Part shown: piece by piece, positions 15,974 to 24,319 of the stretch
Layout: every line of letters begins with the position of its first letter
How positions within the stretch are numbered: the stretch's first letter is position 1
Source: a virus
Lineage: Duplodnaviria > Caudoviricetes
Reading direction: 5' to 3' (one strand)
IMG/VR virus record: IMGVR_UViG_3300037714_000453
Coordinates: 1 to 26,654 of that record
Length of the DNA stretch: 26,654 nucleotides
Made by a program: the position numbers and the translations under genes
Notes under the pieces: generated by a model
Told to the model about the DNA's origin: nothing
Database searches by the model: none
The model's input: only the letters and a program-made list of their open reading frames with translations

Positions 15974-18675
15974 ATCGCGGACTCCGTGGCGGCCGGACCG
16001 CGCTTGCCCTCGAGGTACAGGCCGCGGCCTAGCTGCGAGCTGGTGTCAGCCGAGAGCATCATGTTCGAGAACGCTCGCGGACCCTTGCTCGGAAGGACGC
16101 CGCGGGAGCCCGGAGCCTCCGCCGGCGCGATCGGGTTGACGTCGTTCTTCGAGCTGCTGCTCGACCCCGAGCCCATGCGGTCCACGGCGGCGCCGAACTT
16201 GTCGACGGCAGCGGCAAACTGGTTGGTCGCGGTCACTTGGGTCTCCGCTACGGAGGCCTGGCGCGTGGCGACGCTGTTGATCGTGTCCGTGAGCTGCTGC
16301 TGCGGGCTCTGCTGCATTTTCGCCCACGCCTGGCCGGGCGAGAGCCCCTCGCGGTCGACCGTCTGCCAGAGGTCGCGGCGGCTGACGGCGCCGGTCACGT
16401 CGCCGATCTTCCCGGACCCACCGCGGTAGATGTCCTCGTCGCGCCGGCGGACCTTCTCGACGTACTTGTCGACGTCGCCGAGGCGCATCGTCTTCTTGCC
16501 CTCGCGCTGCGCCTCGGCCGCGGCGATGCCGACCTCCTGGGAGAAGATCCCCTTCGCCTGCTCGTAGATCCCCTTGTAGATGTCGCTGATCTTCGAGACC
16601 TGGTCGAACCAGGCCCTCGACCCCGTGACCGTCTGTGAGAGGAAGTTCTTCGCGCTCGCGAGCTGGCCCTCCCACGTGCTGGCGCCGAGCTGGTCGTAGA
16701 GCTTGAAGTACCGCTCCGCGTACTCCCGCTTCAGGCTGAGGAGCTGCTCCTCCGCCTGCTCTTGCTGCGCGGCGGTGCGCCGCGGGTCAAACCGCGCGGA
16801 GCTGGCCGACTCCATCTGGTCCTGTATCGAGACGCGGCCCATCGTGACGCGGTGGGCGAGCCTGCGCTCCTCGACGGCGATCTCCTCCTGATCCCGCTGC
16901 CGGCGCGCCTGCGCCTCCTTGGCATCGAGCTCTGCGGTGACCTGGGCGATCTTGTTCTTCCGCTCTATGGTGTCGTCCGCGTGCGACCGCTCCAGCTCCG
17001 CGAGTTTCGCCTGATTCCCGATCGCGTCCGAGCCTGCTCCGATGAGGCCCTCGAGCGCGCGCTTCTGCGACTCGTATTCCGCATTCGCTGCCTTGAGCCC
17101 GGCTACCAGCAACCCAGTCGAGTGTTCGCGCTCCTTCAGGAAGCCGACCTCCTGTGACGCCACGCTCTCGACCTGGCCCGCTTGCTCGCGGCGGACCTTC
17201 GCGATGTCCTGCTCAGCCTTGTCGATCGCCATGGCCGTGGCCATGTTGTTTTCGAGACGCTTCTGATTCCTCTGGATGTCCTTCTGGATGAACGTCTCGG
17301 CCTCAGCTTCGCGCGCCGCGAAGTCCCGCTTCTCTCCCTCGCGCTGGTCGTCGAGCGTCTGCTGCAGGGAGGCCTTCGAGTCCTTGATCTTATCGTCGAA
17401 TCCGACGACCTTCTGCGCGGCTGCCTCCGCCGCCTTTCCGACCACCTCCGCAGCGTCCGCGAGGAGCTTGTCGGCGTCGGCTCGGAGCGCCGTGGCCTCT
17501 TTCGCCCTCGCCAGGATCCCTAGCGGCCCGCCCGACATAAACGACGCCGCGCTAACCTTCTCCAGCTCGTCGGCCTTCGCTCGCTTCTTGTTCGCCTCAT
17601 CAATGGCGCGGTCGCGCGCCTCGTTAGCCGCGTTGGTCGTGGACCTGACTACCGCCTTCTTCTCCTCCTCGAGCTTCGCGACCTCGCCCCTCCCCTTCTC
17701 CTCTATTCCGATGCGCACCTTCACGTACGCCTTCGCGAGCTCGTCGAGGTCTTTCGCCGCCGCCTTGGCCGCCTCTCCCTGGCGAACGAGCAGCTCCGCC
17801 TGGCGGATGCCGGACTCGATGTTCGCGACCGGCACGGTCGTCTTAGCCTGGATCTCCACCAAGGCAGCGAGGTACTTCTTGAGGCTCTCGACGTTGGTGC
17901 CGAGAGTCCCGGTGAACTGCTCGGTGTAGATCGACATCTTCGCGATGACTTGCTGCCAGAGGGTCCCCTCACCAGCGGCCTGCTTGACGGTCACGCCCCA
18001 GGCGGCGATCTCCTCTGTGACCTTCCGGACCCCGATCTCCGCGCGCGAGGCGTCCATCGTGGCGATCGCCTGGTTCATGTCGACCTGGGCGGCCGTCGCG
18101 TCCTGGGCTATCTTGGCGTACTTGCCAATGGCGGTGGAGAGGACGTTTGCCACGACTACCGCGGCGCCGACTGCCCCGCCGAGAACCATCGCGACCCTCG
18201 CAGCCGAGGCGGCGCCGCTGACGAAGTTCGCCATCTCGGGGCTGATCTGGCTCAGCGCGGGGACGAGCGTGCCGCTCGCGACGCGCGCCAGGTGGCCGAA
18301 GCTCGACCCCGTCGCGCCCGCGCCGCGGGCGGCGTTCTCCATGGACTTGACGGTCTTCTCCAGCCCCGGCGGGACTGTGTCCTCGGTGCCGAAGAGCGCG
18401 GCCCGCATGTCGGCCACGCGCTTGGTCCGCGCGGCGGAGGCGGCCTTGGCGGCGGAGCCGAACGCGCTGTCCGCGCGGCCCATGTCGCCCTGGACGCCCG
18501 CGTCGCCCAGGCCCATCTGCCCGGCGGCGGGCCTCGACGACTCATCCCATATGCGCTGGAGGACCTTGCCATGCGAGCGAGCCCGCACCTCGGCAGCGTT
18601 GAGCGACTTGTCCAGCGCATCGAGGTCGACGACGATGCGCCCGAGGGTCTCGAACGCGACGTCCTTGTTAGCCAC
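15970..18675 (-). CDS. Tail tape measure protein (901 aa)
   Basis: Longest ORF; Ala-rich coiled coil; N-terminal LGRIVVDL; hydrophobic stretch; follows the chaperones. Confidence 0.9.
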   Translation of the reverse strand: MANKDVAFETLGRIVVDLDALDKSLNAAEVRARSHGKVLQRIWDESSRPAAGQMGLGDAGVQGDMGRADSAFGSAAKAASAARTKRVADMRAALFGTEDTVPPGLEKTVKSMENAARGAGATGSSFGHLARVASGTLVPALSQISPEMANFVSGAASAARVAMVLGGAVGAAVVVANVLSTAIGKYAKIAQDATAAQVDMNQAIATMDASRAEIGVRKVTEEIAAWGVTVKQAAGEGTLWQQVIAKMSIYTEQFTGTLGTNVESLKKYLAALVEIQAKTTVPVANIESGIRQAELLVRQGEAAKAAAKDLDELAKAYVKVRIGIEEKGRGEVAKLEEEKKAVVRSTTNAANEARDRAIDEANKKRAKADELEKVSAASFMSGGPLGILARAKEATALRADADKLLADAAEVVGKAAEAAAQKVVGFDDKIKDSKASLQQTLDDQREGEKRDFAAREAEAETFIQKDIQRNQKRLENNMATAMAIDKAEQDIAKVRREQAGQVESVASQEVGFLKEREHSTGLLVAGLKAANAEYESQKRALEGLIGAGSDAIGNQAKLAELERSHADDTIERKNKIAQVTAELDAKEAQARRQRDQEEIAVEERRLAHRVTMGRVSIQDQMESASSARFDPRRTAAQQEQAEEQLLSLKREYAERYFKLYDQLGASTWEGQLASAKNFLSQTVTGSRAWFDQVSKISDIYKGIYEQAKGIFSQEVGIAAAEAQREGKKTMRLGDVDKYVEKVRRRDEDIYRGGSGKIGDVTGAVSRRDLWQTVDREGLSPGQAWAKMQQSPQQQLTDTINSVATRQASVAETQVTATNQFAAAVDKFGAAVDRMGSGSSSSSKNDVNPIAPAEAPGSRGVLPSKGPRAFSNMMLSADTSSQLGRGLYLEGKRGPAATESAI

Positions 18676-18701
18676 GGCTCTTTCCTTTCCCGCTCCCGCG
18701 C

Positions 18702-19010
18702 CTACGCTACTCGCTGCCGAATGTCAGCGCGGAACTCGTCCATCGTGATGCGCTCCAGCCCGTCCGCGGTGTCCGCGGCGGACTGTGCGTCCATGCCTGC
18801 CCGGCGGTACATGCGCGCGAGCTCCTCAGCGCGCTCCTGCTCGTCCATCCACTGCACACCCTGCACGCGCAGCGAGTCCAGCTCCTCGCCCGCCTGTATC
18901 TCGTCGAGGTGTTGCTCCCACACGGCCAGCTCCCTCAGCGTCAGTTTGAAGAGCTCCCCTCTCCCCCATCCATAGAAGCGGCCGACGCGGGCGAGGGAGA
19001 GGGAGAGCCG
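18702..19010 (-). CDS. Tail assembly chaperone extension (gpGT-like), probably made by -1 frameshift
   Basis: The -1 frame overlapping the end of the chaperone encodes LARVGRFYGW...LTLREL..W and has no good independent start. Confidence 0.7.
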   Translation of the reverse strand, partial: RLSLSLARVGRFYGWGRGELFKLTLRELAVWEQHLDEIQAGEELDSLRVQGVQWMDEQERAEELARMYRRAGMDAQSAADTADGLERITMDEFRADIRQRVA

Positions 19011-19399
19011 CCTTCGGCGCTCCCCTGACTCTCGGCGGCCTTCAGAGGGACCTTCGCGATGCTCGATGCCAAGACCGTCAGCGTGAGGACCTGTCGCGGC
19101 GAGATACCCTTGAACGCCGCGCGCGTGAGCTTGGGCGTACCCCGGGAGTTGAGGAGCATGATCTGCTCGATGCTCCGCTCCAACCGCTCCGAGTAGTCGT
19201 CCGCGTCGCGGATGTCGTCGCCGAGGCGAGAGACCTTCAGCGAGTCCTCGACCTCGACGTCGAGGAAGCTGAAGATTGGGTACTTGGTGCCCTTGATCTT
19301 GACGTAGCCGTCGGGCTTGGGGACGAAGGTGTCGACGTCCATCGTCCAGACGTCGTCCTTCAGGGTGACCATCTCGCCGCTCTGCTTCTCGTCTGCCAT
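18941..19399 (-). CDS. Tail assembly chaperone (gpG-like)
   Basis: Between tail tube and tape measure; Ser/Pro-rich C-terminal tail after VPL. Confidence 0.85.
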   Translation of the reverse strand: MADEKQSGEMVTLKDDVWTMDVDTFVPKPDGYVKIKGTKYPIFSFLDVEVEDSLKVSRLGDDIRDADDYSERLERSIEQIMLLNSRGTPKLTRAAFKGISPRQVLTLTVLASSIAKVPLKAAESQGSAEGGSPSPSPASAASMDGGEGSSSN

Positions 19400-19423
19400 C
19401 TGAGCCTCCTTGGGGCCTCTGGT
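19399..19423 (-). promoter_or_regulatory. Conserved RBS-overlapping element, copy 1 (ACCAGAGGCCCCAAGGAGGCTCAGA)
   Basis: 22/25 identical to 23462-23486. Confidence 0.7.
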
Positions 19424-19431
19424 TTTTAGCG

Positions 19432-19455
19432 CCCGGCCGGGTCTCCCCGGCCGGG
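19432..19455 (-). other. Strong RNA hairpin after the tail tube gene
   Basis: CCCGGCCGGG-GAGA-CCCGGCCGGG: 10-bp stem with GNRA loop and no U-tract on the sense strand. Confidence 0.7.
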
Positions 19456-19492
19456 TCGCAGGCTACCGCCCGTTGCGGGTCAGCGGCCGATC

Positions 19493-20416
19493 TTACGGGT
19501 TCTCGTCGCCCATGAACGCCCACCGGCCCGAGAGGCTGTTCGGCCACGCGTACCAGTTGGTCATGATCACGCGCTGGGTCGTCGGCGCGAAGGGGAAGTT
19601 GACCTCACCCTCGGCCGGGCTGATCTCGGGGATGACGATCTTGTCCGCCGGGAGGGGTGACTCGAACCCGCCCTTGATCTTGATGATCTCCATTCTCACG
19701 GTGAGGGTCTGGCGCATGGACTGACCCACGGCCACGGTGAAGTCCACGCGCCGCTTGCTGCCGTCGCTATTCTCGACCACGCGCGCCGAGGGCACGCCGC
19801 GGCGGAGGTTGTCGAGCGTGATCTCCTTGAACGGGATGACCACCTTGACCATGCCGCCGATGACGACCTTGTCCTGCGGCACGGTGCCCGTCTGGGCGCC
19901 CGTCAGGTCGGCCGACTCCGTGGTGACCTGGTATGCGACCTCGTCACCGAGGAAGCCGACGTCCGTCCTGACCGACGCGCCGTCTCCGCCCTCCAGGAAC
20001 ACGGGGTAGGGGTACGCGTTGTTGCCGGCGAGGTTGATGGCCCCGGAGCCACTGACGTTGAGTCCGCGGGCGGCGGTCACGTAGTAGGAGGCCAGCGGGT
20101 CGTTGGTGAGGGCCTCGATGATGGAGTCGATCGTGGTCACGCCGTCCTCGACGGTCACGCTGATAGCCGCGCCGTCGACCGCGACGATCGGGTCCTGGCC
20201 GATGGACGCCGCGTCCACGTACACGAACGACACGGCGTTGCCCGAGTAGTCCACCTCGTTGCCGGAGGCGTCGAAGCCTGCGCCGGGGCGGACCGCCTGG
20301 AGGAAGATCCCGTCGGTGGTGTACGGGTCGTCCCCGACCAGCGCGGACGCGCGCGGCAGAGTGATGATGTAGATGTTTGCCGGACCGAGCTCCAGCTTCC
20401 TCGCATTCTTCGCCAT
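19493..20416 (-). CDS. Major tail tube protein with an inserted surface domain
   Basis: LELGPANIY...DVGFLGD...GGMVKVVIPFKEITLDNL tube motifs, separated by a ~125-aa insert; strong SD. Confidence 0.85.
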   Translation of the reverse strand: MAKNARKLELGPANIYIITLPRASALVGDDPYTTDGIFLQAVRPGAGFDASGNEVDYSGNAVSFVYVDAASIGQDPIVAVDGAAISVTVEDGVTTIDSIIEALTNDPLASYYVTAARGLNVSGSGAINLAGNNAYPYPVFLEGGDGASVRTDVGFLGDEVAYQVTTESADLTGAQTGTVPQDKVVIGGMVKVVIPFKEITLDNLRRGVPSARVVENSDGSKRRVDFTVAVGQSMRQTLTVRMEIIKIKGGFESPLPADKIVIPEISPAEGEVNFPFAPTTQRVIMTNWYAWPNSLSGRWAFMGDENP

Positions 20417-20419
20417 GGT

Positions 20420-20469
20420 CGAGTGCCCTCCTGTTGTTGGTTAGCCAGGTTCAGGCGCTCTCGGCGCTG
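20420..20469 (-). promoter_or_regulatory. Tandem CAGCGCC/GAGCGCC boxes with SD-sequestering hairpin (tail tube leader)
   Basis: Boxes at 20463-20469 and 20454-20460; GAGCGCC pairs with GGCACUC and CCUG pairs with CAGG of the SD. Confidence 0.55.
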
Positions 20470-20505
20470 CCACCCTCAGCATGTATATTCTATCTCAACT
20501 TTTCT

Positions 20506-20964
20506 CTACGGAGCCTGGAACGGCTCCTGCCCGCTGTAGTCGTAGACGAGGAGGCGGTAGGTCAGTATCTTCCTGACCACGTCGGCGTCGTTCTGCACCT
20601 CGTCGCTGTCACTGCTGAGGCTCATGTACGCGACCAGCGCCGGCGCCTCCTCGGAGTAGGGGTCGTCCTCGTCCAGCGGGAGTGCCTGGCCGTCTAGCGC
20701 GGCGTTGACAATGTTGGCGATCGCCTCGCACTCGTCCAGGTCCGTCGCCCAAATGTAGAAGATCAAGGTCCGGTCGTACAGAGGCACGATCTCGTCGAAC
20801 CCGATGCCCGAGTCCTGGAACGTGACGGCCGGGAGGTTGACCGGGGACCGCGTGGGGCGGTACGTGACACCGTCGGGCACGGCTGACGCAAAGTACGGGT
20901 CGTCGTTCAGCTTCGATACCAGCGCGGTTCTCAGCGCCACCAGGTAACCCGAGGGGGCGCTCAT
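20506..20964 (-). CDS. Tail terminator / tail completion protein (gp17-like)
   Basis: LVSKLNDDP...LPAVTF...FYIWA...IANIVNAALDG; precedes the tail tube. Confidence 0.8.
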   Translation of the reverse strand: MSAPSGYLVALRTALVSKLNDDPYFASAVPDGVTYRPTRSPVNLPAVTFQDSGIGFDEIVPLYDRTLIFYIWATDLDECEAIANIVNAALDGQALPLDEDDPYSEEAPALVAYMSLSSDSDEVQNDADVVRKILTYRLLVYDYSGQEPFQAP

Positions 20965-21455
20965 GACTTACCCATCATGATCTTGGCAAACCGCGGCCGG
21001 AGGGCTGTGAGCGACGGACCCCAGACGGGCCGCGGGAACAGGATCCACTGCACCTTCGTGATCTTCCCACTCCTGTTCTTGACACCGGCCGCAGCCCCAT
21101 GCTCGAGGAAGAGCGCATACTTCAGGTTGCTGCCGACCTCGGCGAACCACACGTGCCCGTCGTTCCGAACCTGCCACGAGACGCCCCGCAACAGCGCCCC
21201 CGTGTCCGGCGCGGGTGGCTCCCCAGGCGCGGACGCGCGATGGTACTTGCCGGTGAATCCGGGGCCGAGCACCTTCTTGCCCCGCCGCGTGCGGCGGAGC
21301 CCGTAGATCCTTCCCGTCGCCGGGGAGTTGCGCATTCGGAGCTTCACCTCGTTCGCGTACTCCGTCGCGACCTTGGTCATCCTGGGGAGCATGTCCTTCT
21401 CGGCCGCGCGCAGGATGTTGCCCCCGTAGAACGTCGTCTGCACGGTGGCGGGCAT
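20961..21455 (-). CDS. HK97 gp10-like neck / tail component
   Basis: HRASAPGEPPAPDTGALLRG, VGSNLKYALFLEHG, PRPVWGP; start reassigned to ATG 21455 (TGATG overlap). Confidence 0.85.
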   Translation of the reverse strand: MPATVQTTFYGGNILRAAEKDMLPRMTKVATEYANEVKLRMRNSPATGRIYGLRRTRRGKKVLGPGFTGKYHRASAPGEPPAPDTGALLRGVSWQVRNDGHVWFAEVGSNLKYALFLEHGAAAGVKNRSGKITKVQWILFPRPVWGPSLTALRPRFAKIMMGKS

Positions 21456-21814
21456 CAGAGGTCCCCCGCCGGGACCCACTGCTCGGCGTCCGCCTCGTAG
21501 TGGGGCGCGTTCGGGTTGTTCACGTAGTGGGTGTGGAAGACCTTGTACGTCTCGCCCGTATCCTCGTCCAGCAGGAGGTCGTTCTGCTGGACGACGGAGA
21601 AGTCCACGTCCGCGATCACGCGCTTCTTGCGCGCGGGGATGTTGCCGAACTCGTCCTGCTCCATGCGACCGCCGCCGTCCTGTAGGCTACATGCCAGGCC
21701 TGTCGCGACGACCACGTCGTAGACGAACTTCGTCGATCCGGAGGCGGACTTCACCGTCCGCCCCCGCTTCACGGTGACGTAGTAGGTCAGCGCCCGCAGC
21801 CAGGCCGTGCTCAC
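21455..21814 (-). CDS. Head closure (stopper) protein
   Basis: VTVKR...LACSLQ...NDLLLD.DTGETYKV...HYE; position in the neck module. Confidence 0.75.
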   Translation of the reverse strand: MSTAWLRALTYYVTVKRGRTVKSASGSTKFVYDVVVATGLACSLQDGGGRMEQDEFGNIPARKKRVIADVDFSVVQQNDLLLDEDTGETYKVFHTHYVNNPNAPHYEADAEQWVPAGDL

Positions 21815-21818
21815 GTTG

Positions 21819-22544
21819 TTACGCGCCGCCCTTCTTCCTGACGATCGCCGTGACCACCGGCGAGGAGGCGTAGGCGCCCGGCTCCAGCGTCACGCGAAGA
21901 CCCTTGACCATCACCTCGAACGTGTACGCGCCGATCGTCCCGGCGCCCAGGCCGTATGGGGCGCCGAAGGCCGCCTCCGCTGCGGAGACCGCGAACCACG
22001 GGCCCGCGAACTCCGGCGCGCCGGTGGGTGAGACCTCGATCGTGACTCCCGCAAGGTCAGTCGCGTCCGCGCCACTAGAGAGGTTGGTCTGAGCCATGAC
22101 GACAGTGGGCGCGTTCGCCTCGTCGGGGATCTCCATCGCCGCGCTGCCATCGGACCCGAGGGCCCGGCTCGCGCGGAGGATCGCGGCGAAGGAGACGTCG
22201 GCGTTTAGAAGATCTATGACGTCGGAGACGAACTGGTTCGGGCGGCCGCCCGCGTCACACCCGAGGTTGATGCTGACGTCGTTGCCCACGACGGAGACGC
22301 CGAAGGCCTGTGACGGCCCAGCTATGATCGCCACGGTGATGCTGTTCCCGCCTGACCCCGCCGCGACAGCCACGAAGCGGACGTTCGCGTTCTTCGAGCC
22401 GAACCGCGTGCGCAGGCTCGCGGCGACGTCCATGTTCTCGATGAAGAGCGTGAACGGGCTCGCGCCGTCCATGTCTTTTTGCACGACGCCGTCGTAGGGC
22501 GCCTCGACCAAGATCGGGGAAGTCCGGAATAACTGTACTCGCAT
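21819..22544 (-). CDS. Structural protein: small jelly-roll-like domain interrupted by a sheath-like insert
   Basis: FTLFIEN [insert] LAGVTIEVSPTG...W...LRV; SD AAGGAG. Confidence 0.7.
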   Translation of the reverse strand: MRVQLFRTSPILVEAPYDGVVQKDMDGASPFTLFIENMDVAASLRTRFGSKNANVRFVAVAAGSGGNSITVAIIAGPSQAFGVSVVGNDVSINLGCDAGGRPNQFVSDVIDLLNADVSFAAILRASRALGSDGSAAMEIPDEANAPTVVMAQTNLSSGADATDLAGVTIEVSPTGAPEFAGPWFAVSAAEAAFGAPYGLGAGTIGAYTFEVMVKGLRVTLEPGAYASSPVVTAIVRKKGGA

Positions 22545-22575
22545 TGTCAGTCTCCTTGCGCGACCTGGCGCGCTG

Positions 22576-23238
22576 TTAGAATACGAGCCCCGCCTGGCCG
22601 CGGATGTACTTGCTCATCAGCGCCGTGACGATGGGCGGCATGGGGAAGCGCAGGGGATCCGAGAACGTCTCGCTGATACCCTCGGCGGAGTACGACTGCA
22701 CGACGCCGCCGCCGTAGCGGCCGGCGATCGCAGACGCCCACTCGACGCACGCCCGGTTGAGCGACGCGGGGACCGGGTTCGTGGCGGACCCCAGCGGGTC
22801 GACCTTGTACGTGAAGATGACGGTCGGCCATATCATTTGCCGCCACCGGAGCCACGGCGCCTGGCCGCCGACGGGCGGGAAGACGGGTGTGAGCTCGGAG
22901 GCGAGCGGCATGATGCGACCTTCGAGTGGGTCGCGGATGTCGCCGAGGATCTCGCTGTATGTGCCCGAGGCGAGCGACCGCGCCATGAGCGTCACCGTGC
23001 GCTGGGGGTCGTCCGACAGCGGCAGGATCGGCCGGAACTTCATGAGGCGCGAGATGCCGAGCTGGACGTCCGAATGCTGCTCGGTCTTGTTCCCGCTCGC
23101 GAACGTGAACCCGGCTAGGTCGAGGACTCGCTCCTCAACCGCCAGCCGGTACGCGTCGAGCATTGCGTCGCGATCCGCGTTGACGCCCTTGACCAGCAGG
23201 CGCGTCTTGATCTCTTCCAGCGTGCACAGGCTCGGCAT
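22576..23238 (-). CDS. Head-tail adaptor (gp6/gp15-like)
   Basis: LCTLEEIKTRL...D..LD, VPASLNRACVE, VQSYSAEGISETF, MPPIVTALMSKY. Confidence 0.85.
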   Translation of the reverse strand: MPSLCTLEEIKTRLLVKGVNADRDAMLDAYRLAVEERVLDLAGFTFASGNKTEQHSDVQLGISRLMKFRPILPLSDDPQRTVTLMARSLASGTYSEILGDIRDPLEGRIMPLASELTPVFPPVGGQAPWLRWRQMIWPTVIFTYKVDPLGSATNPVPASLNRACVEWASAIAGRYGGGVVQSYSAEGISETFSDPLRFPMPPIVTALMSKYIRGQAGLVF

Positions 23239-23461
23239 CGTTGACCCCCTTCCTTCCGGTGAGAGACTGGCTCTCCGTCAGCTGGGCCTCGTACTCCGCC
23301 TGGCTGATCTCCTCGCAACCCGCCTTGAGGAGTAGCTTGAACCACCCGCTTTTCCCGGCCGGGCGCGGGCCCTCCGGGAACTTCAGCCCGTCTATCGACA
23401 GGCCACCCTTCGGCACGACCACGTAGCCGTACGACATGCCCAACTTCCGCGTGTCCTTCAC
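23135..23461 (-). CDS. Small head-module hypothetical protein
   Basis: GTG start with SD AGGAGG; 3' end overlaps the adaptor gene by 104 nt. Confidence 0.65.
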   Translation of the reverse strand: MKDTRKLGMSYGYVVVPKGGLSIDGLKFPEGPRPAGKSGWFKLLLKAGCEEISQAEYEAQLTESQSLTGRKGVNDAEPVHAGRDQDAPAGQGRQRGSRRNARRVPAGG

Positions 23462-23486
23462 TCTGAGCCTCCTATGGGCCTCCGGT
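23462..23486 (-). promoter_or_regulatory. Conserved RBS-overlapping element, copy 2 (ACCGGAGGCCCATAGGAGGCTCAGA)
   Basis: 22/25 identical to 19399-19423. Confidence 0.7.
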
Positions 23487-23487
23487 G

Positions 23488-23552
23488 TAAAATGCTCTCC
23501 CAGTCGCGAAAGGTCTCACTCACTGAGACGTCTCACGACTGGGAGCGTTTTT
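23488..23552. terminator. Extended hairpin, possible weak or bidirectional terminator
   Basis: ctcccagtcg (23497-23506) / cgactgggag (23536-23545) with inner gtctca/tgagac; short T runs on both strands. Confidence 0.5.
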
Positions 23553-23558
23553 GTCGCT

Positions 23559-24194
23559 CTAGCCGTTCCGCGTCACCCAAAGCACCTTCAGCACCAGGCC
23601 GGAAGTGTCGACCGTGAGCTCGATGCCCGGGTCCAGGCCGCCGGTGAGGTTGGCCTCGGCGAGGTTGTCGACGATCCCGTCAGGGTCGTCCAGGGACGAG
23701 AGGCTGGCGATCACGAGCGCCGAGGCGTCCGCGTCCGCGTTGATCCCGTCCACGACGTCCTGGGCGGTCGTCTCGCCCGCCACGTAGGTCACGACGATGT
23801 CCGTCCCCGCCACCGCCACGCCGAACGTTCCGCCCGCAGTCAGCGCGATGGTGATGCTGTTGCCGTCCGCGCCGGCCGTCTTCGCGACCAGACGGAAGTT
23901 GCCGTCCGCATATGCATCGGTGAACGCGCTCACGTACTTCGCGACCGCCGGACCCTGATCGAAGTCATCGTCCAGGTACCCGGTCAGGTCCGTCAGGCCC
24001 GTCATGTTCAGCACGGAAACGATGGCGTCGTCGGCGTACAGGCCGGGCACTGCGATGCGCGAGGTGCCGTAGGGGTAGGGGTCCGACACACCGTCCACGA
24101 GCGTCTCGTGGAGGTTGACGCCGCGGCCCTGAACAAACCGGCGGTGCTTTCGGAAGTTGTCCGTGTAGCTGCGAGAAGTCGTCTCTGCGCCCAT
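23559..24194 (-). CDS. Putative capsid decoration / head-fibre protein with sheath-like insert
   Basis: Directly after the capsid gene; start reassigned to ATG 24194 (SD GAGGAG); IAVPGL...DAIVSVL...DLT [insert] GIELTVDTSGLVLKVLW. Confidence 0.7.
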   Translation of the reverse strand: MGAETTSRSYTDNFRKHRRFVQGRGVNLHETLVDGVSDPYPYGTSRIAVPGLYADDAIVSVLNMTGLTDLTGYLDDDFDQGPAVAKYVSAFTDAYADGNFRLVAKTAGADGNSITIALTAGGTFGVAVAGTDIVVTYVAGETTAQDVVDGINADADASALVIASLSSLDDPDGIVDNLAEANLTGGLDPGIELTVDTSGLVLKVLWVTRNG

Positions 24195-24223
24195 GTCAGT
24201 CTTCTCCTCATTCCGTCCCCACA

Positions 24224-24306
24224 TGCCCGAAGGCAGCAGGAAGGAGGGTTAGATGCGTGGCTAACCTACGCGCATGTCACGCACGCGTAGGTTAGCCGGT
24301 CCTGCT
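24224..24306 (-). other. Multi-helix RNA structure after the capsid gene
   Basis: 14-bp perfect stem ggctaacctacgcg/cgcgtaggttagcc (24259-24297), enclosed by agcagga/tcctgct, followed by a C(UUCG)G hairpin. Confidence 0.7.
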
Positions 24307-24319
24307 TCGGCCCCTAGAA

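Noticed and set aside
19493-24194. Contractile (myovirus) tail suggested by sheath-like motifs
   Set aside because: The motifs are short inserts only; no full sheath or baseplate wedge (J-like) genes are present.
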